45,338 bases of DNA from the NCBI GenBank assembly GCA_025358945.1, contig JANYHS010000282.1, forward strand, positions 1-45,338, given 5' to 3'. Within the stretch, counting starts at the first letter, position 1; every line of letters begins with the position of its first letter. The notes beneath the pieces were generated by a model, which made no database searches, was not told where the DNA came from, and worked only from the letters and a program-made list of their open reading frames with translations. Shown piece after piece: positions 27,670 to 37,440 of the stretch. Made by a program: the position numbers and the translations under genes. Source of the stretch: Acidobacteriota bacterium (GTDB taxonomy: Bacteria; Acidobacteriota; Vicinamibacteria; Vicinamibacterales; CAVVIG01).

Positions 27670-29117
27670 TCGGTATCGCGTTCGTAGGCGTCGGCGACGC
27701 GCAACAGCGTCGCTTCATCGAACCGGCGTCCCATCAATTGCAGCCCGATTGGCAGCCCGCCTTCGCTCGACGCCGCGTCGCCGAGCTTCGACACGCCAGG
27801 GCCGCGGGTGAAGCCGCACGGCACGCTGATCGCCGGCAGGCCGGACAGGTTCGCGCTGACCGTGAAGACGTCCATCAGATACATCTGCACCGGATCCGAT
27901 ACGCGCTCGCCGATGCGCACGGCCGGCAGCGGACTGGTCGGCATCGCGACGACGTCCACGTCAGCGAAGGCGCGATCGTAGTCGCGCAGGACCAACGTGC
28001 GCACCTGCTGCGCTTTCAGGTAGTACGCGTCGTAGTAGCCGGCGCTCAGCACGTAGGTGCCGAGCATGATCCGGCGCTTGACCTCGGCGCCGAAGCCCCG
28101 CGCGCGCGTCTTTGCATACATCCCGCGCAGGCTCTCGTCTTTCGCGCGGAAGCCGTAGCGCACACCGTCGTATCGCGCCAGGTTCGAGCTCGCCTCCGCC
28201 GTGGAGACCAGGTAGTAGACCGGCGTCGCGAAGCACGCGTGCGGCAGATCGACGTCGACGAGCGTGGCGCCGCGCGCCTTCAGCACATCGAGCGCCGCGT
28301 CCATGGCGCCGGAGACTTCCGCATCCACCCCCTGCTCGAGCAGCGCGCGCGGGATGCCGATGCGCGTCCCGCGGACGTCGCCTGTGAGCGCGGCGGTGTA
28401 GTCGGGCACCGGCTCCGCAGCGCAGGTGGCGTCAGCCTCATCTGACCCTGCCAGCACGTTCAACGTCAGTGCGGCGTCGTACACCGTGCGCGTCAGCGGC
28501 CCCACTTGATCGAGCGACGATGCGTGCGCGATCAGGCCGTAGCGCGACACGCGGCCGTACGTCGGCTTGAGGCCGACGACCCCGCACAGTGATGCCGGCT
28601 GTCGAATGGATCCGCCCGTGTCCGAGCCGAGCGCCATCGGCGTCAGCCGCGCGGCGACGGCCGCCGCGGATCCGCCGCTGGTGCCGCCGGGGATCCGATC
28701 GAGCGCCCACGGGTTGCGCACGGGACCGAACGCCGAGGTTTCGTTCGACGAGCCCATCGCAAACTCGTCGCAGTTGGTTTTCCCGACGATCACCCCACCG
28801 GCCCGCTCGAGGCGCGACACCACGGTTGCGTCGTACGGCGGCACGTAATGTTCGAGCATCCGCGAGGAGGCGGTCGTGCGAATGCCTCGCGTGCACAGGT
28901 TGTCTTTCACCGCGATCGGGACGCCTGCCAGCGGCGCGTCGCGCCAGCGATCCGGCTCGCGATCGATCGCTTCCGCGCGCGCCATCGCCTGGTCGGCGAC
29001 GACGGTGTTGAAGGCGTTCAGTTGGGGGTTGAGCGTCTCGATGCGCGCCAGCGCGTCGGCGCACACGTCGGCGGCCGAGCGGGCGCGCACCGCCTCGCGC
29101 ACCTCGCGGATCGTCAT
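27630..29117 (-). CDS. gatA: Glu/Asp-tRNA amidotransferase subunit A
   Basis: KDN, GKTNCDEFAMGSS, GGTSGGS, GSDTGGSIRQPA, SNLARYDG, EVKRRIMLGTY. Confidence 0.96.
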   Translation of the reverse strand: MTIREVREAVRARSAADVCADALARIETLNPQLNAFNTVVADQAMARAEAIDREPDRWRDAPLAGVPIAVKDNLCTRGIRTTASSRMLEHYVPPYDATVVSRLERAGGVIVGKTNCDEFAMGSSNETSAFGPVRNPWALDRIPGGTSGGSAAAVAARLTPMALGSDTGGSIRQPASLCGVVGLKPTYGRVSRYGLIAHASSLDQVGPLTRTVYDAALTLNVLAGSDEADATCAAEPVPDYTAALTGDVRGTRIGIPRALLEQGVDAEVSGAMDAALDVLKARGATLVDVDLPHACFATPVYYLVSTAEASSNLARYDGVRYGFRAKDESLRGMYAKTRARGFGAEVKRRIMLGTYVLSAGYYDAYYLKAQQVRTLVLRDYDRAFADVDVVAMPTSPLPAVRIGERVSDPVQMYLMDVFTVSANLSGLPAISVPCGFTRGPGVSKLGDAASSEGGLPIGLQLMGRRFDEATLLRVADAYERDTEWSTQPPPLISNR

Positions 29118-29413
29118 CCGATGACCCGCGGGACTTTGAAGAAGCCGGCGTCAACCGCCGCGTCGGGGGCGCTGCACAGCGCCTCGTCGCGATCGAGCGA
29201 CGGGCGGATGGCGTCAGGGCGATCGGCCGCGTGAAGAGAGACGAGGGATGCGGTCGGCAAGATGCCGGTCGTGTCGACCTGCTGCACGGCGTCAGCGTAT
29301 TTCAGGATGTCGCCAAGCTGGCGCGCGAAGAGATCGATCTCCGGCGCGTCAAGCTCCAGATGCGCCAGCGCGGCGATCGCCACGATCTGGTCTCGGGTAA
29401 ATCCAGCAGGCAT
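29114..29413 (-). CDS. gatC: Glu/Asp-tRNA amidotransferase subunit C
   Basis: IAALAHLEL...APD...FFKVPRVI, directly upstream of gatA. Confidence 0.93.
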   Translation of the reverse strand: MPAGFTRDQIVAIAALAHLELDAPEIDLFARQLGDILKYADAVQQVDTTGILPTASLVSLHAADRPDAIRPSLDRDEALCSAPDAAVDAGFFKVPRVIG

Positions 29414-29429
29414 GTCAGAGATGCTAACA

Positions 29430-30590
29430 CTACCGGCCGAGCGACTCGTCGAGCACGTGGCCGTCCGCGCTCATGCGGACGTTGGCGGTGAACGGCCCGG
29501 CCCGTGGGCTGGCCTGGTCGAGTCCGAATGTGCCTCCCGCGAATCGCACGTCGGTCCAGCGAACGGTCGTCACGCCGTGCGAGTCGACGGAAAAACGCGC
29601 GGCAGGGAAGCGGGAGAATCCGAGGAACACGGCGCCAAGATGCGTGGTCGCCGCGCGCGCGATCGCCGGCGTCCACACGTTCGGATAACGCAGCGTCACC
29701 CGCCACGGCGCATCACCGGCGCTCTGCGGATCGCGAAAGCGCTGGTCGAGCAGGTTCAGGTCGTGGATTTCGTAGGCGTTCGACATCTGCGCGATGATGC
29801 GCCAACTGAATGGCGAGGTGAACGACGGCATCGCCACCATTTCGACGAGGCAGCGCTTGCCCGGCGGCGGGCTCGACGGTGCGCTCGGCCGCGGCCATCG
29901 CTCGATCGGCGCCAGCGACGAAGATGGCGCATCGCACGGAGCCGGCAACGTCGGTCCGAACAACTGTGGCGCGAGCACCAGCGCCTCGTGATGCGCGAAC
30001 CCACGCACGCCGTAGTTGGCGGCCATCACGACGAGCACCAGCGCCGCCTTCGTGCGCGCCTGCACCGGCGTCGGCTTGCCGAGCAGCCCGATGATCAGCA
30101 CGACGAGCAGGTAGATGTCCACGATCGGCATCCAGTCGACCGCGAACCAGTGCCAGTCGAAGGGGCTCAACAGTCGCGTGCCGTACGTCGTCGGCACATC
30201 CATCAGCACGTGCAGCAGGACGCCGATGATCGAGACGGCCACCAGGATGCCGAACGAGGCGTTGGGTTCAGCGGCGCTCTCCCGGACCTGCTTCGTCTTG
30301 CGCGGGCGCGACGCATCCTGCGCGGCGCGTGCGTGCCGCTGGTCGTAGATGCGGCGTCCGGTCCACACCAGCGCGGCCGTCACCACGCCGAGTCCGACGA
30401 TGCCCAGAGCGCCGTGCGTCATCCCCCGATGCCACTCCAGATATTTCACCGCGCCACCGGCGGTGGCGACGATGTCGACGTCGGGTGCGTTCGAGGCGAT
30501 GAGGAGGGCCGCGGTCGTGCCGCGGCCGGCGCGCGCGAGCGGTGTGCGCGCCAGCGTCAGCGCAAACAGCGAATGGGTGAGGTTATCCAA
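29430..30590 (-). CDS. Metal-dependent membrane hydrolase (YdjM-like)
   Basis: (M)DNLTHSL, APDVD, HRGMTH, HVLMD, YGTRLLSPF; TTG start inferred. Confidence 0.82.
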   Translation of the reverse strand: MDNLTHSLFALTLARTPLARAGRGTTAALLIASNAPDVDIVATAGGAVKYLEWHRGMTHGALGIVGLGVVTAALVWTGRRIYDQRHARAAQDASRPRKTKQVRESAAEPNASFGILVAVSIIGVLLHVLMDVPTTYGTRLLSPFDWHWFAVDWMPIVDIYLLVVLIIGLLGKPTPVQARTKAALVLVVMAANYGVRGFAHHEALVLAPQLFGPTLPAPCDAPSSSLAPIERWPRPSAPSSPPPGKRCLVEMVAMPSFTSPFSWRIIAQMSNAYEIHDLNLLDQRFRDPQSAGDAPWRVTLRYPNVWTPAIARAATTHLGAVFLGFSRFPAARFSVDSHGVTTVRWTDVRFAGGTFGLDQASPRAGPFTANVRMSADGHVLDESLGR

Positions 30591-30685
30591 GTGCCGTAAT
30601 ATATCAGCATGCAAAAAGCTGCTCTCGTGGCTGCTGGCGCCGCCCCGCGCCGTCCAGAAGGTCCGGAAGCAGTAAGCTGAAGACC

Positions 30686-31747
30686 GTGAAGCTGCGCGAC
30701 ATCGCGAATCGGCTGCAGTGTCGCCTCGAAGGCGATGGCGATGTGGATATCGTCCGCGTCGCGGCGATTCATGCCGCGCAGCCAGGCGATCTGACCTTCG
30801 TCGCCAACGCCCGCTATCTTCCGCAACTGGCCACGACACGCGCCTCGGCGGTGATCCTGGGCCGGACCAAGGGCGAGGCGCCGCACCCGCCGTGCGCCGT
30901 GCTGCACACCGACGATCCCTACACTGTGTTCGCGCGCGCCGTTGCCATGTTCGCGCGCACCACGCCGCCGGCCAAGGGCGTTGATGCGCACAGCGCCGTG
31001 GCCGCCGACGCGGTGCTCGGCCCCGATGTGTCCATCGGCCCGTTCGTCACGGTCGGCGCCGGCGCCACGATTGGCGCGCGCACCATCATTCACCCTAACG
31101 TGGTCATCGGTCCGGGCGCCGTCATCGGCGACGACTGCGTGATCCATTCTCAGGTGTCGATTCGCGAGCACGTGGTTCTCGGCGATCGCGTGACCCTGCA
31201 CAACGGCGTCGTCGCCGGCAGCGACGGCTACGGCTTCGCGCGGCAGAAGGACGGCACGCACCTGAAGATCCCGCAGCACGGCGACGTCGTCATCGAAGAC
31301 GATGTGGAGATTGGCGCGAACTCGACCATCGATCGCCCCGCGATTGGCGAAACGCGGATCAGCGCCGGCACGAAGATCGACAACTTGGTCCACATCGCAC
31401 ATGGCGTCGCGGTCGGGCGTCGCGTGCTGCTCGCGGCGCAGGTGGGCATTGCCGGCAGCACGACGATTGGCGACGATGTGATGATGGCGGGGCAGAGCGG
31501 GGTGACGGGACACATCACCGTCGGCGATCGTGCGATCGTCGGCGCAAAGAGCGCGGTTCTGCAGTCGGTGGCTGCCGGTACGTTCGTGACCGGCCATCCG
31601 GCGTTCCCTCACGCCGACTGGCGGAAGGCCGCGCTGGCGTTCCGCCAACTGCCGCAGATGAAGAAGCGTCTCGAAGCGCTCGCGCAACGCATCGTCGAAC
31701 TCGAGGAGAAGCTTGCTGAATGTCAGACACCCCAGAAGGATCGCTAG
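30686..31747 (+). CDS. lpxD: UDP-3-O-acylglucosamine N-acyltransferase
   Basis: Hexapeptide repeats, GSDGYGFA, KIPQ.G.V.IEDDVEIGAN..IDR, KIDNLVHIAHGV. Confidence 0.96.
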   Translation: MKLRDIANRLQCRLEGDGDVDIVRVAAIHAAQPGDLTFVANARYLPQLATTRASAVILGRTKGEAPHPPCAVLHTDDPYTVFARAVAMFARTTPPAKGVDAHSAVAADAVLGPDVSIGPFVTVGAGATIGARTIIHPNVVIGPGAVIGDDCVIHSQVSIREHVVLGDRVTLHNGVVAGSDGYGFARQKDGTHLKIPQHGDVVIEDDVEIGANSTIDRPAIGETRISAGTKIDNLVHIAHGVAVGRRVLLAAQVGIAGSTTIGDDVMMAGQSGVTGHITVGDRAIVGAKSAVLQSVAAGTFVTGHPAFPHADWRKAALAFRQLPQMKKRLEALAQRIVELEEKLAECQTPQKDR

Positions 31748-32589
31748 CATCACCCGTGGCGCAGGCTTTCACGCCTGCGGTGTTCGCATTAGGTTTCCTG
31801 CTCGCCTTCGCTGCTCTCGCCGCTGCGCAAGCGCCGCAACCAACGGTCGTTCCCGCACCCGCGGCGCCGGAATTTCTGACGCGCTACGACTTCCACATGT
31901 CGGCGACGTCGTTGCTGCCCTCGGACGCGACGCCGGCCCGGGTCGTGGCGGACGAGCGCTTTTCGTGGGACACGCATTTCGGCGGATCGTTCGACATCGC
32001 TGATCTCGTCGTGGCGCGCCTCGGTGTCGTCGCCGATTATCAGGCGGTGCTCGGCAGTGAATACCGGCCGTTCGATCCGAATCAGGGCAGCTATACGCTC
32101 GAGGGCTTCATCTCGGCGCGGATCAATGCCGACACGGAAGTCGCCGGGATCTTTCATCACGTGTCGCGTCATCTGAGCGATCGGCCGAAACCGTTTGCGG
32201 TCGCCTACAACGAGATCGGCGGCCGGGTGATGCGGCACGTGACACTCGCCACCGCGACCATTGATGTGGATCTCGAAGGCGGCCGGGCGACCCAGCATTC
32301 CTATGTGGACTACACCTGGCTGGGTGAAATGCACGTGCTCGTGCGCCATCCGATCAGTCCGCGTCTCGGCGTGTTTGGCCATGGTTCCGGGCAGCTGTTC
32401 GCGGTCGACGAGACCCTCGCGCACCGCGGCACCCAAGCGGGCGGGTTGATTGAGGTGGGTCTGCGGGTGACCGGCCGGGCTGGTGTGCTGGAGATTTTTG
32501 CGGGCTACGAGAAGCGCGTGGACGCCGATCCGCTCGACCGCCTGTCGCAGCGATGGGGCCTCGCCGGGTTCCGTCTACTCAGTAGATAA
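31720..32589 (+). CDS. Secreted, probable outer-membrane beta-barrel protein
   Basis: Signal peptide; alternating amphipathic strands; ends ...WGLAGFRLLSR. Family not recognised. Confidence 0.6.
   Translation: MSDTPEGSLASPVAQAFTPAVFALGFLLAFAALAAAQAPQPTVVPAPAAPEFLTRYDFHMSATSLLPSDATPARVVADERFSWDTHFGGSFDIADLVVARLGVVADYQAVLGSEYRPFDPNQGSYTLEGFISARINADTEVAGIFHHVSRHLSDRPKPFAVAYNEIGGRVMRHVTLATATIDVDLEGGRATQHSYVDYTWLGEMHVLVRHPISPRLGVFGHGSGQLFAVDETLAHRGTQAGGLIEVGLRVTGRAGVLEIFAGYEKRVDADPLDRLSQRWGLAGFRLLSR
31756..31779 (+). repeat. GTGG-headed REP-like hairpin
   Basis: GTGG CGCAGGC TTTCAC GCCTGCG. Confidence 0.75.
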
Positions 32590-32598
32590 TCGGAGCAT

Positions 32599-33957
32599 AT
32601 GGTTAGGTCCCTTCGTGTGCTGGCCGCGGCGTTGCTGGTCAGCGGCGTCTTCACGGCCGCCACCCAGCCGCTGCGTGCGGCATCCCGTCCGCCGAAGCTG
32701 CAGTACGAAATCACGTCACTGCCAAACGGCCTGACCGTCGTGCTGTCCGAGGATCACTCGACACCGATCGTCCACGTGCAGCTGGTCTATCACGTCGGGT
32801 CAAAAAATGAAAAACCTGGCCGCACCGGCTTCGCGCATCTGTTCGAACACCTGATGTTCAAGGGCTCGAAGAACGTGCAGCCCGAGGCGCACACCTCGAT
32901 GCTCGCGTCGGTCGGCGGCCAGAGCAATGCCTACACGACCGATGACGAGACCGTGTTCTGGGAGACCGTGCCGTCGCAGTACCTGCCGCTGACTCTGTGG
33001 CTCGAGGCCGATCGCATGGCGACGCTGCGCATCGACAAGGACACGTTCGCCAACGAGCGCGACGTGGTCAAGGAAGAACGGCGCATGCGCGTCGACAACC
33101 AGCCCTACGGCCGGTTGAACGAGATCATCTACGACCAGGCGTTCACCGTGCACCCGTACAAGCACGCGACGATCGGCAGCATGGAGGATCTCCAGGCGGC
33201 GTCGGTCGAGGACGTCCGCGATTTCTACAGGACGTTCTACGTGCCGGTGAACGCGACGATGGTGATCGTCGGCGACTTCGATTCGGCGCAGGCGCTGCAG
33301 CTGGTGAATACCTACATGGGCCGCGTGCCGAAGTCTGACCGCGCCGTGCCGCGCGACATTCCGCAGGAACCGCCGCAGACGAAAGAGAAGCGCGTCACGC
33401 TGCAGGAGCCCTGGCCGCTGCCCGCTGTCGTCGTCGGGTACCACGTGATCAAGGATGGCAACCCCGACTCCTATCCGCTGCACATCGCCGCGAAGGTGCT
33501 GTCCGACGGCCAGACGTCGCGCATCTACAAGAAGCTGGTCTACGAAAAGCAGATGGCCGTCGCCGCGTTCGGCAACGCCAACCTGATTGAGGATCCGAAC
33601 CTGTTTTACGCCGTCGCGATTGTGCAGCCGGGGCACACGACCGAGGAAGTGGCCGACGCGTTGATCGTGGAACTCGATCGGTTGAAGACCGAGCCGATTA
33701 CCGATCACGAGTTGCAGCGCTCGAAGAATCAGTTTGCGCGCGACTACATCATGGGCCGCGAGTCGAACCAGCAGAAAGCCGGGCAGCTGTCGCACGCCGT
33801 CGTCATTCACCACGACATCAAGACGGCGGACGGCGAGTTCGAGATCTTTCAGAACATCACGGTGGCCGACGTGCAGCGCGTGGCGAAGACCTACTTCAGG
33901 CCGGAGAACCGCCTGGTGCTCACGCTGATGCCGTCCGGGAAGGCCGGGGCCCAGTGA
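32599..33957 (+). CDS. M16 family zinc peptidase, catalytic subunit
   Basis: Signal peptide; GFAHLFEHLMFKGS (HxxEH), SNAYT, LEADRM, VKEERR. Confidence 0.94.
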   Translation: MVRSLRVLAAALLVSGVFTAATQPLRAASRPPKLQYEITSLPNGLTVVLSEDHSTPIVHVQLVYHVGSKNEKPGRTGFAHLFEHLMFKGSKNVQPEAHTSMLASVGGQSNAYTTDDETVFWETVPSQYLPLTLWLEADRMATLRIDKDTFANERDVVKEERRMRVDNQPYGRLNEIIYDQAFTVHPYKHATIGSMEDLQAASVEDVRDFYRTFYVPVNATMVIVGDFDSAQALQLVNTYMGRVPKSDRAVPRDIPQEPPQTKEKRVTLQEPWPLPAVVVGYHVIKDGNPDSYPLHIAAKVLSDGQTSRIYKKLVYEKQMAVAAFGNANLIEDPNLFYAVAIVQPGHTTEEVADALIVELDRLKTEPITDHELQRSKNQFARDYIMGRESNQQKAGQLSHAVVIHHDIKTADGEFEIFQNITVADVQRVAKTYFRPENRLVLTLMPSGKAGAQ

Positions 33958-36272
33958 TGTGGCGCACGACTTCAGTCGTGCGATCGGCGCGATCCGCATG
34001 CCTGAAGGCATGCGCCACTTGTGCCATCAGCCTGCTGTCAGTCTCTGCGTCCGCGCAGTCGGCCGCCTGGCCGACCGAGCGGCCGCCGCAGCCGTTGCCG
34101 GCGCGTGCAATCACGTTCCCGCCCTACGAGGTCCAGACGCTGCCCAACGGGCTCCAGGTCGTCGTCGTCATGCACCACGAGCAGCCGGCGGTGACGATGC
34201 GCCTGCTCGTCCGCGCCGGCACGTCCTCCGATCAACGCGAGAAGCTCGGGCTCGCGCACCTGGCCGCGTCGCTCCTCGATCAGGGCACGACGACCAAGTC
34301 GGCGCAGGAGATGAATGACGCGGTGGACTTCATCGGCGGGGCGATGGGCGCCGGCGCCGGCACCGATCTCACGTTCGTCAACATGGTCGTGATGAAGGAC
34401 AGCTTCGACACCGGGCTGCGCATGCTGTCCGACATGGCGAGGCAACCGGCGTTCGCGACCGCGGAGGTCGAGCGGCAGCGGCAGCAGATGTTGTCGGGCC
34501 AGACCGTCAGCCTCGAGGATCCCGGGTACATCGCGAACTCGGTGTTCGATCGCCTGGTCTACGGCTTCCACCCGTACGGCATGCCGGAAAACGGCACGCC
34601 GCAGACGATCGCCGCGCTCTCGCGGGCCGACCTGCAGGCGTTCCACGCGCGCTTCTTCATGCCGAATAATGCGATCCTCGCGATCGTGGGCGACGTCACC
34701 GCGGACGAAGCGTTCACCGCGGCGAAAAAAGTGTTCGGCGACTGGGAGAAGCACGACCTGCCGGTGCAGACGTTTGTTGGACCGCCCGATCCCACGCGCC
34801 GCGTGATCGTCGTCAACAAGCCGGACGCCGTACAGACCGAAGTGCGTGTCGGCCACCTCGGCATCTCGCGCACGCACCCCGACTACATGGCGGTGAATCT
34901 CGCCATTCGGATTCTTGGCGGCGAAGGCAGCAACCGGCTGCATCAGGTCCTGCGGACGGAGCGCGGGCTCACCTACGGCGCGCAGGCGAACATGGACACG
35001 CTGAAGGAGACCGGCGATTTCGAAGCCGAGACCAACACGCGAACCGAGGCCACCGGCGAAGTGCTGCGGCTGATTGTCGACGAATTCTGGCGCATGCAGC
35101 GCGAGCGCGTCGGCGATCGCGAGCTCGACGGCGCGAAGGCGTATCTCACCGGCAGTTTCCCGCTGACCATTGAGAAGCCGGAGTCGATTGCGATGCAGGT
35201 GGTGAACGCGCTGTTCTACGGCTTGCCGCTCGCGGAGCTCCAGAATTTCCGCGAGCGCGTCAACGCTGTGACCCCCGATGACATCCAGCGCGTCGCCAAG
35301 GAGTTGCTGCGTCCGGATCGCCTGTCGGTGGTTCTGGTCGGCAACTCGGCGGCGTTCGCATCGCAGTTGCGCGGCGCCGGCTTCGGCAGTTTCGAAGCAG
35401 TGGAACTCGGTGATCTGGATCTGACCACGGCGAACTTCAAGCGAGCGGCGGTCAAGGCGCAGCAGGATGCGGGCGGGCCAGGTAGGTCAGGTGGGGCTGG
35501 TAGGTCAGGTGGGTTTGAGGGGTGGGGCGTAGCGCACGACGTTAATCGTGCGGCGACCTTGAACTATCAGCTGGCGCCGCTGGCGAGTCGTCCACCGGCG
35601 GATCCGCGACCGGAGGATGCGCCGAAGGCGCTGGCGCTGCTCGACCGCGCGATCGCGGCGAAGGGTGGCCTGGAGAAACTGCGCGGCATCAAGACCATTG
35701 TCGCCAGGCAAACGCTGGTCAGCCTCGACTCCGATCGCGCGGCGACGTCAGAGACCACCAACTACCTTCAGTACCCCGATCACTTCCGCGTCGAATCGCC
35801 GATGCTGATCCAGGCGTTCGACGGCGCGCAGGCGTGGCTGAAGGACGTTCGCGGCGTGCACGACGGTGGGGAGCCGATGGCGCGCGATTCACGTCTGGTC
35901 ATGCGCCGCGACGTCGTCTCGTTGCTGCTGGCGGCGAAAGACGGGACGTTGACGCCACGGCTGCTGCCCGACGTGAAGGATCCCGACGGGCGCGTGACGC
36001 ACACGCTCGAGTTGTCGGCCAGCGATCTCAATCCGATCGTGCTGTATATCGATCCCGAGTCCGGCCAGATCGGCAAGCGCCTGTTCACCGCCGACGCTCC
36101 CGGTCGGCCGCTCATCGAGGAACAGTTTTTCGACTACCGCGAGGTCGACGGCGTCCAGGTGTCGTTCCGCGCCACGCAGAAGGTCGGGAATTTGTCGGTC
36201 GAGCGGCGCGCGATAGACGTGAAGATCAACACGCCCATTGATCCCGCGATGTTCAAACGCCCGGTGTCTTGA
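33954..36272 (+). CDS. M16 family non-catalytic subunit with additional C-terminal domain
   Basis: HxxEH replaced by HLAAS; SNRL..LRTERGLTYG; Gly-rich linker followed by a beta-rich domain of about 215 aa. Confidence 0.88.
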   Translation: MMWRTTSVVRSARSACLKACATCAISLLSVSASAQSAAWPTERPPQPLPARAITFPPYEVQTLPNGLQVVVVMHHEQPAVTMRLLVRAGTSSDQREKLGLAHLAASLLDQGTTTKSAQEMNDAVDFIGGAMGAGAGTDLTFVNMVVMKDSFDTGLRMLSDMARQPAFATAEVERQRQQMLSGQTVSLEDPGYIANSVFDRLVYGFHPYGMPENGTPQTIAALSRADLQAFHARFFMPNNAILAIVGDVTADEAFTAAKKVFGDWEKHDLPVQTFVGPPDPTRRVIVVNKPDAVQTEVRVGHLGISRTHPDYMAVNLAIRILGGEGSNRLHQVLRTERGLTYGAQANMDTLKETGDFEAETNTRTEATGEVLRLIVDEFWRMQRERVGDRELDGAKAYLTGSFPLTIEKPESIAMQVVNALFYGLPLAELQNFRERVNAVTPDDIQRVAKELLRPDRLSVVLVGNSAAFASQLRGAGFGSFEAVELGDLDLTTANFKRAAVKAQQDAGGPGRSGGAGRSGGFEGWGVAHDVNRAATLNYQLAPLASRPPADPRPEDAPKALALLDRAIAAKGGLEKLRGIKTIVARQTLVSLDSDRAATSETTNYLQYPDHFRVESPMLIQAFDGAQAWLKDVRGVHDGGEPMARDSRLVMRRDVVSLLLAAKDGTLTPRLLPDVKDPDGRVTHTLELSASDLNPIVLYIDPESGQIGKRLFTADAPGRPLIEEQFFDYREVDGVQVSFRATQKVGNLSVERRAIDVKINTPIDPAMFKRPVS
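33959..34018. repeat. Inverted REP doublet (REPIN-like), 60 bp
   Basis: GTGGCGCACGACTTCAGTCGTGCG, 12 nt, CGCATGCCTGAAGGCATGCGCCAC. Confidence 0.88.
35469..35552. repeat. 9-mer array plus REP-like hairpin inside the M16 gene
   Basis: gccaggtag gtcaggtgg ggctggtag gtcaggtgg, then GTAGCGCACGACGTTAATCGTGCG (35529-35552). Confidence 0.85.
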
Positions 36273-37429
36273 GCGCGCGCCTTCTGCTGTCTTGCGGCGA
36301 AGCGTCCGGCGACCTTTATGCCGGCGCGCTGACCCGCGAACTCCTCAGGATCGATCCCTCGATCAGCATCTCCGGCCTCGGCGGTCCGCAGTTCGCGGCG
36401 GCCGGCGGCCGCCTGGTCGATGACTATCGCGAGATGTCCGTCACCGGACTGACGGAGTGGATCCCGAAGCTGCCGCGATTCCTCGCCGCTCGCCGGCGCC
36501 TGGTTGCGGAGGTGGAGTCCCAACGGCCCGACGCGTTGATTCTGATCGATTTCTCCGGCTTCAATTTCAGGCTCGCACCGTCGATCAAGCGGTTGGGCGT
36601 CCCGGTCATCTACTACATCAGCCCGCAGATCTGGGCGTCGCGCGCGGGACGGCTAAAGACAATTCGCGCCATCGCCGACCGCGTGCTGGTGATCTTTCCG
36701 TTCGAGGCGGCGATCTACGAGAAAGGCGGCGTGCCGGTCGAGTTCGTCGGGCATCCGCTGATCGATCTCGCGACCCCGTCGGCGACGCGCGAACAGTTTC
36801 TCGCCGGCCGAGGGCTGACGCCGTCGGCACCGACCGTCGCGATCCTTCCGGGCAGCCGCCCGAACGAAGTGTCGCGCATCCTGCCCGATCTTGTCGGCGC
36901 GGCACGATTGATCCGACGTGATGTGCCGGACGCGCAGTTCGTGGTCGCCCGCGCGCCGCACCTCGACGACAGCCTGTACCGCGCGCTTGGCGTGCATGAT
37001 GATGCGCGCGCGAGCTTCACGATCGTCGATGGCGATACCGACACCGTGTTGGCGTCCGCGGACGTCGCGCTGACGGCGTCCGGCACGGCAACCGTGCAGG
37101 CGGCGCTGCACGACACGCCCATGGTCGTCGTGTATCGCATGGCGCCGTTGTCGTATCAGCTGGCGAAGCGCGTCGTGAAGCTCGACACGATCGGGATGGT
37201 GAACCTGATCGCCGGCGAGAGAATCGTCCCCGAACTGGTGCAGGATGCGTTCACGCCTGAGGCCGTCGCGCGTGAGGCGATCTCCATGCTCAGAGACCAC
37301 GCGCGCGCAGCGAAGATCCGCGCGGGCCTCGCGACCGTTCGATCGCGTCTCGGCGGCCCCGGCGCCAGCCGCCGCGCGGCAGAGGCGATCCTGCGAATTG
37401 CGGATCGCGGATTGCGGAATGCGGATTAG
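36269..37429 (+). CDS. lpxB: Lipid A disaccharide synthase
   Basis: GEASGDL, IDFSGFN, YYISPQIWA, FPFE, FVGHPL, LPGSR, ASGTAT. Confidence 0.96.
   Translation: MSARLLLSCGEASGDLYAGALTRELLRIDPSISISGLGGPQFAAAGGRLVDDYREMSVTGLTEWIPKLPRFLAARRRLVAEVESQRPDALILIDFSGFNFRLAPSIKRLGVPVIYYISPQIWASRAGRLKTIRAIADRVLVIFPFEAAIYEKGGVPVEFVGHPLIDLATPSATREQFLAGRGLTPSAPTVAILPGSRPNEVSRILPDLVGAARLIRRDVPDAQFVVARAPHLDDSLYRALGVHDDARASFTIVDGDTDTVLASADVALTASGTATVQAALHDTPMVVVYRMAPLSYQLAKRVVKLDTIGMVNLIAGERIVPELVQDAFTPEAVAREAISMLRDHARAAKIRAGLATVRSRLGGPGASRRAAEAILRIADRGLRNAD
37393..37427. repeat. Heptamer array (GCGGATT) forming the lpxB C-terminus
   Basis: gcgaatt gcggatc gcggatt gcggaat gcggatt ag. Confidence 0.8.
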
Positions 37430-37440
37430 ATTGAGGAGTC

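Noticed and set aside
30990-31560. Periodic sequence within lpxD
   Set aside because: Explained by the hexapeptide repeats of the left-handed beta-helix.
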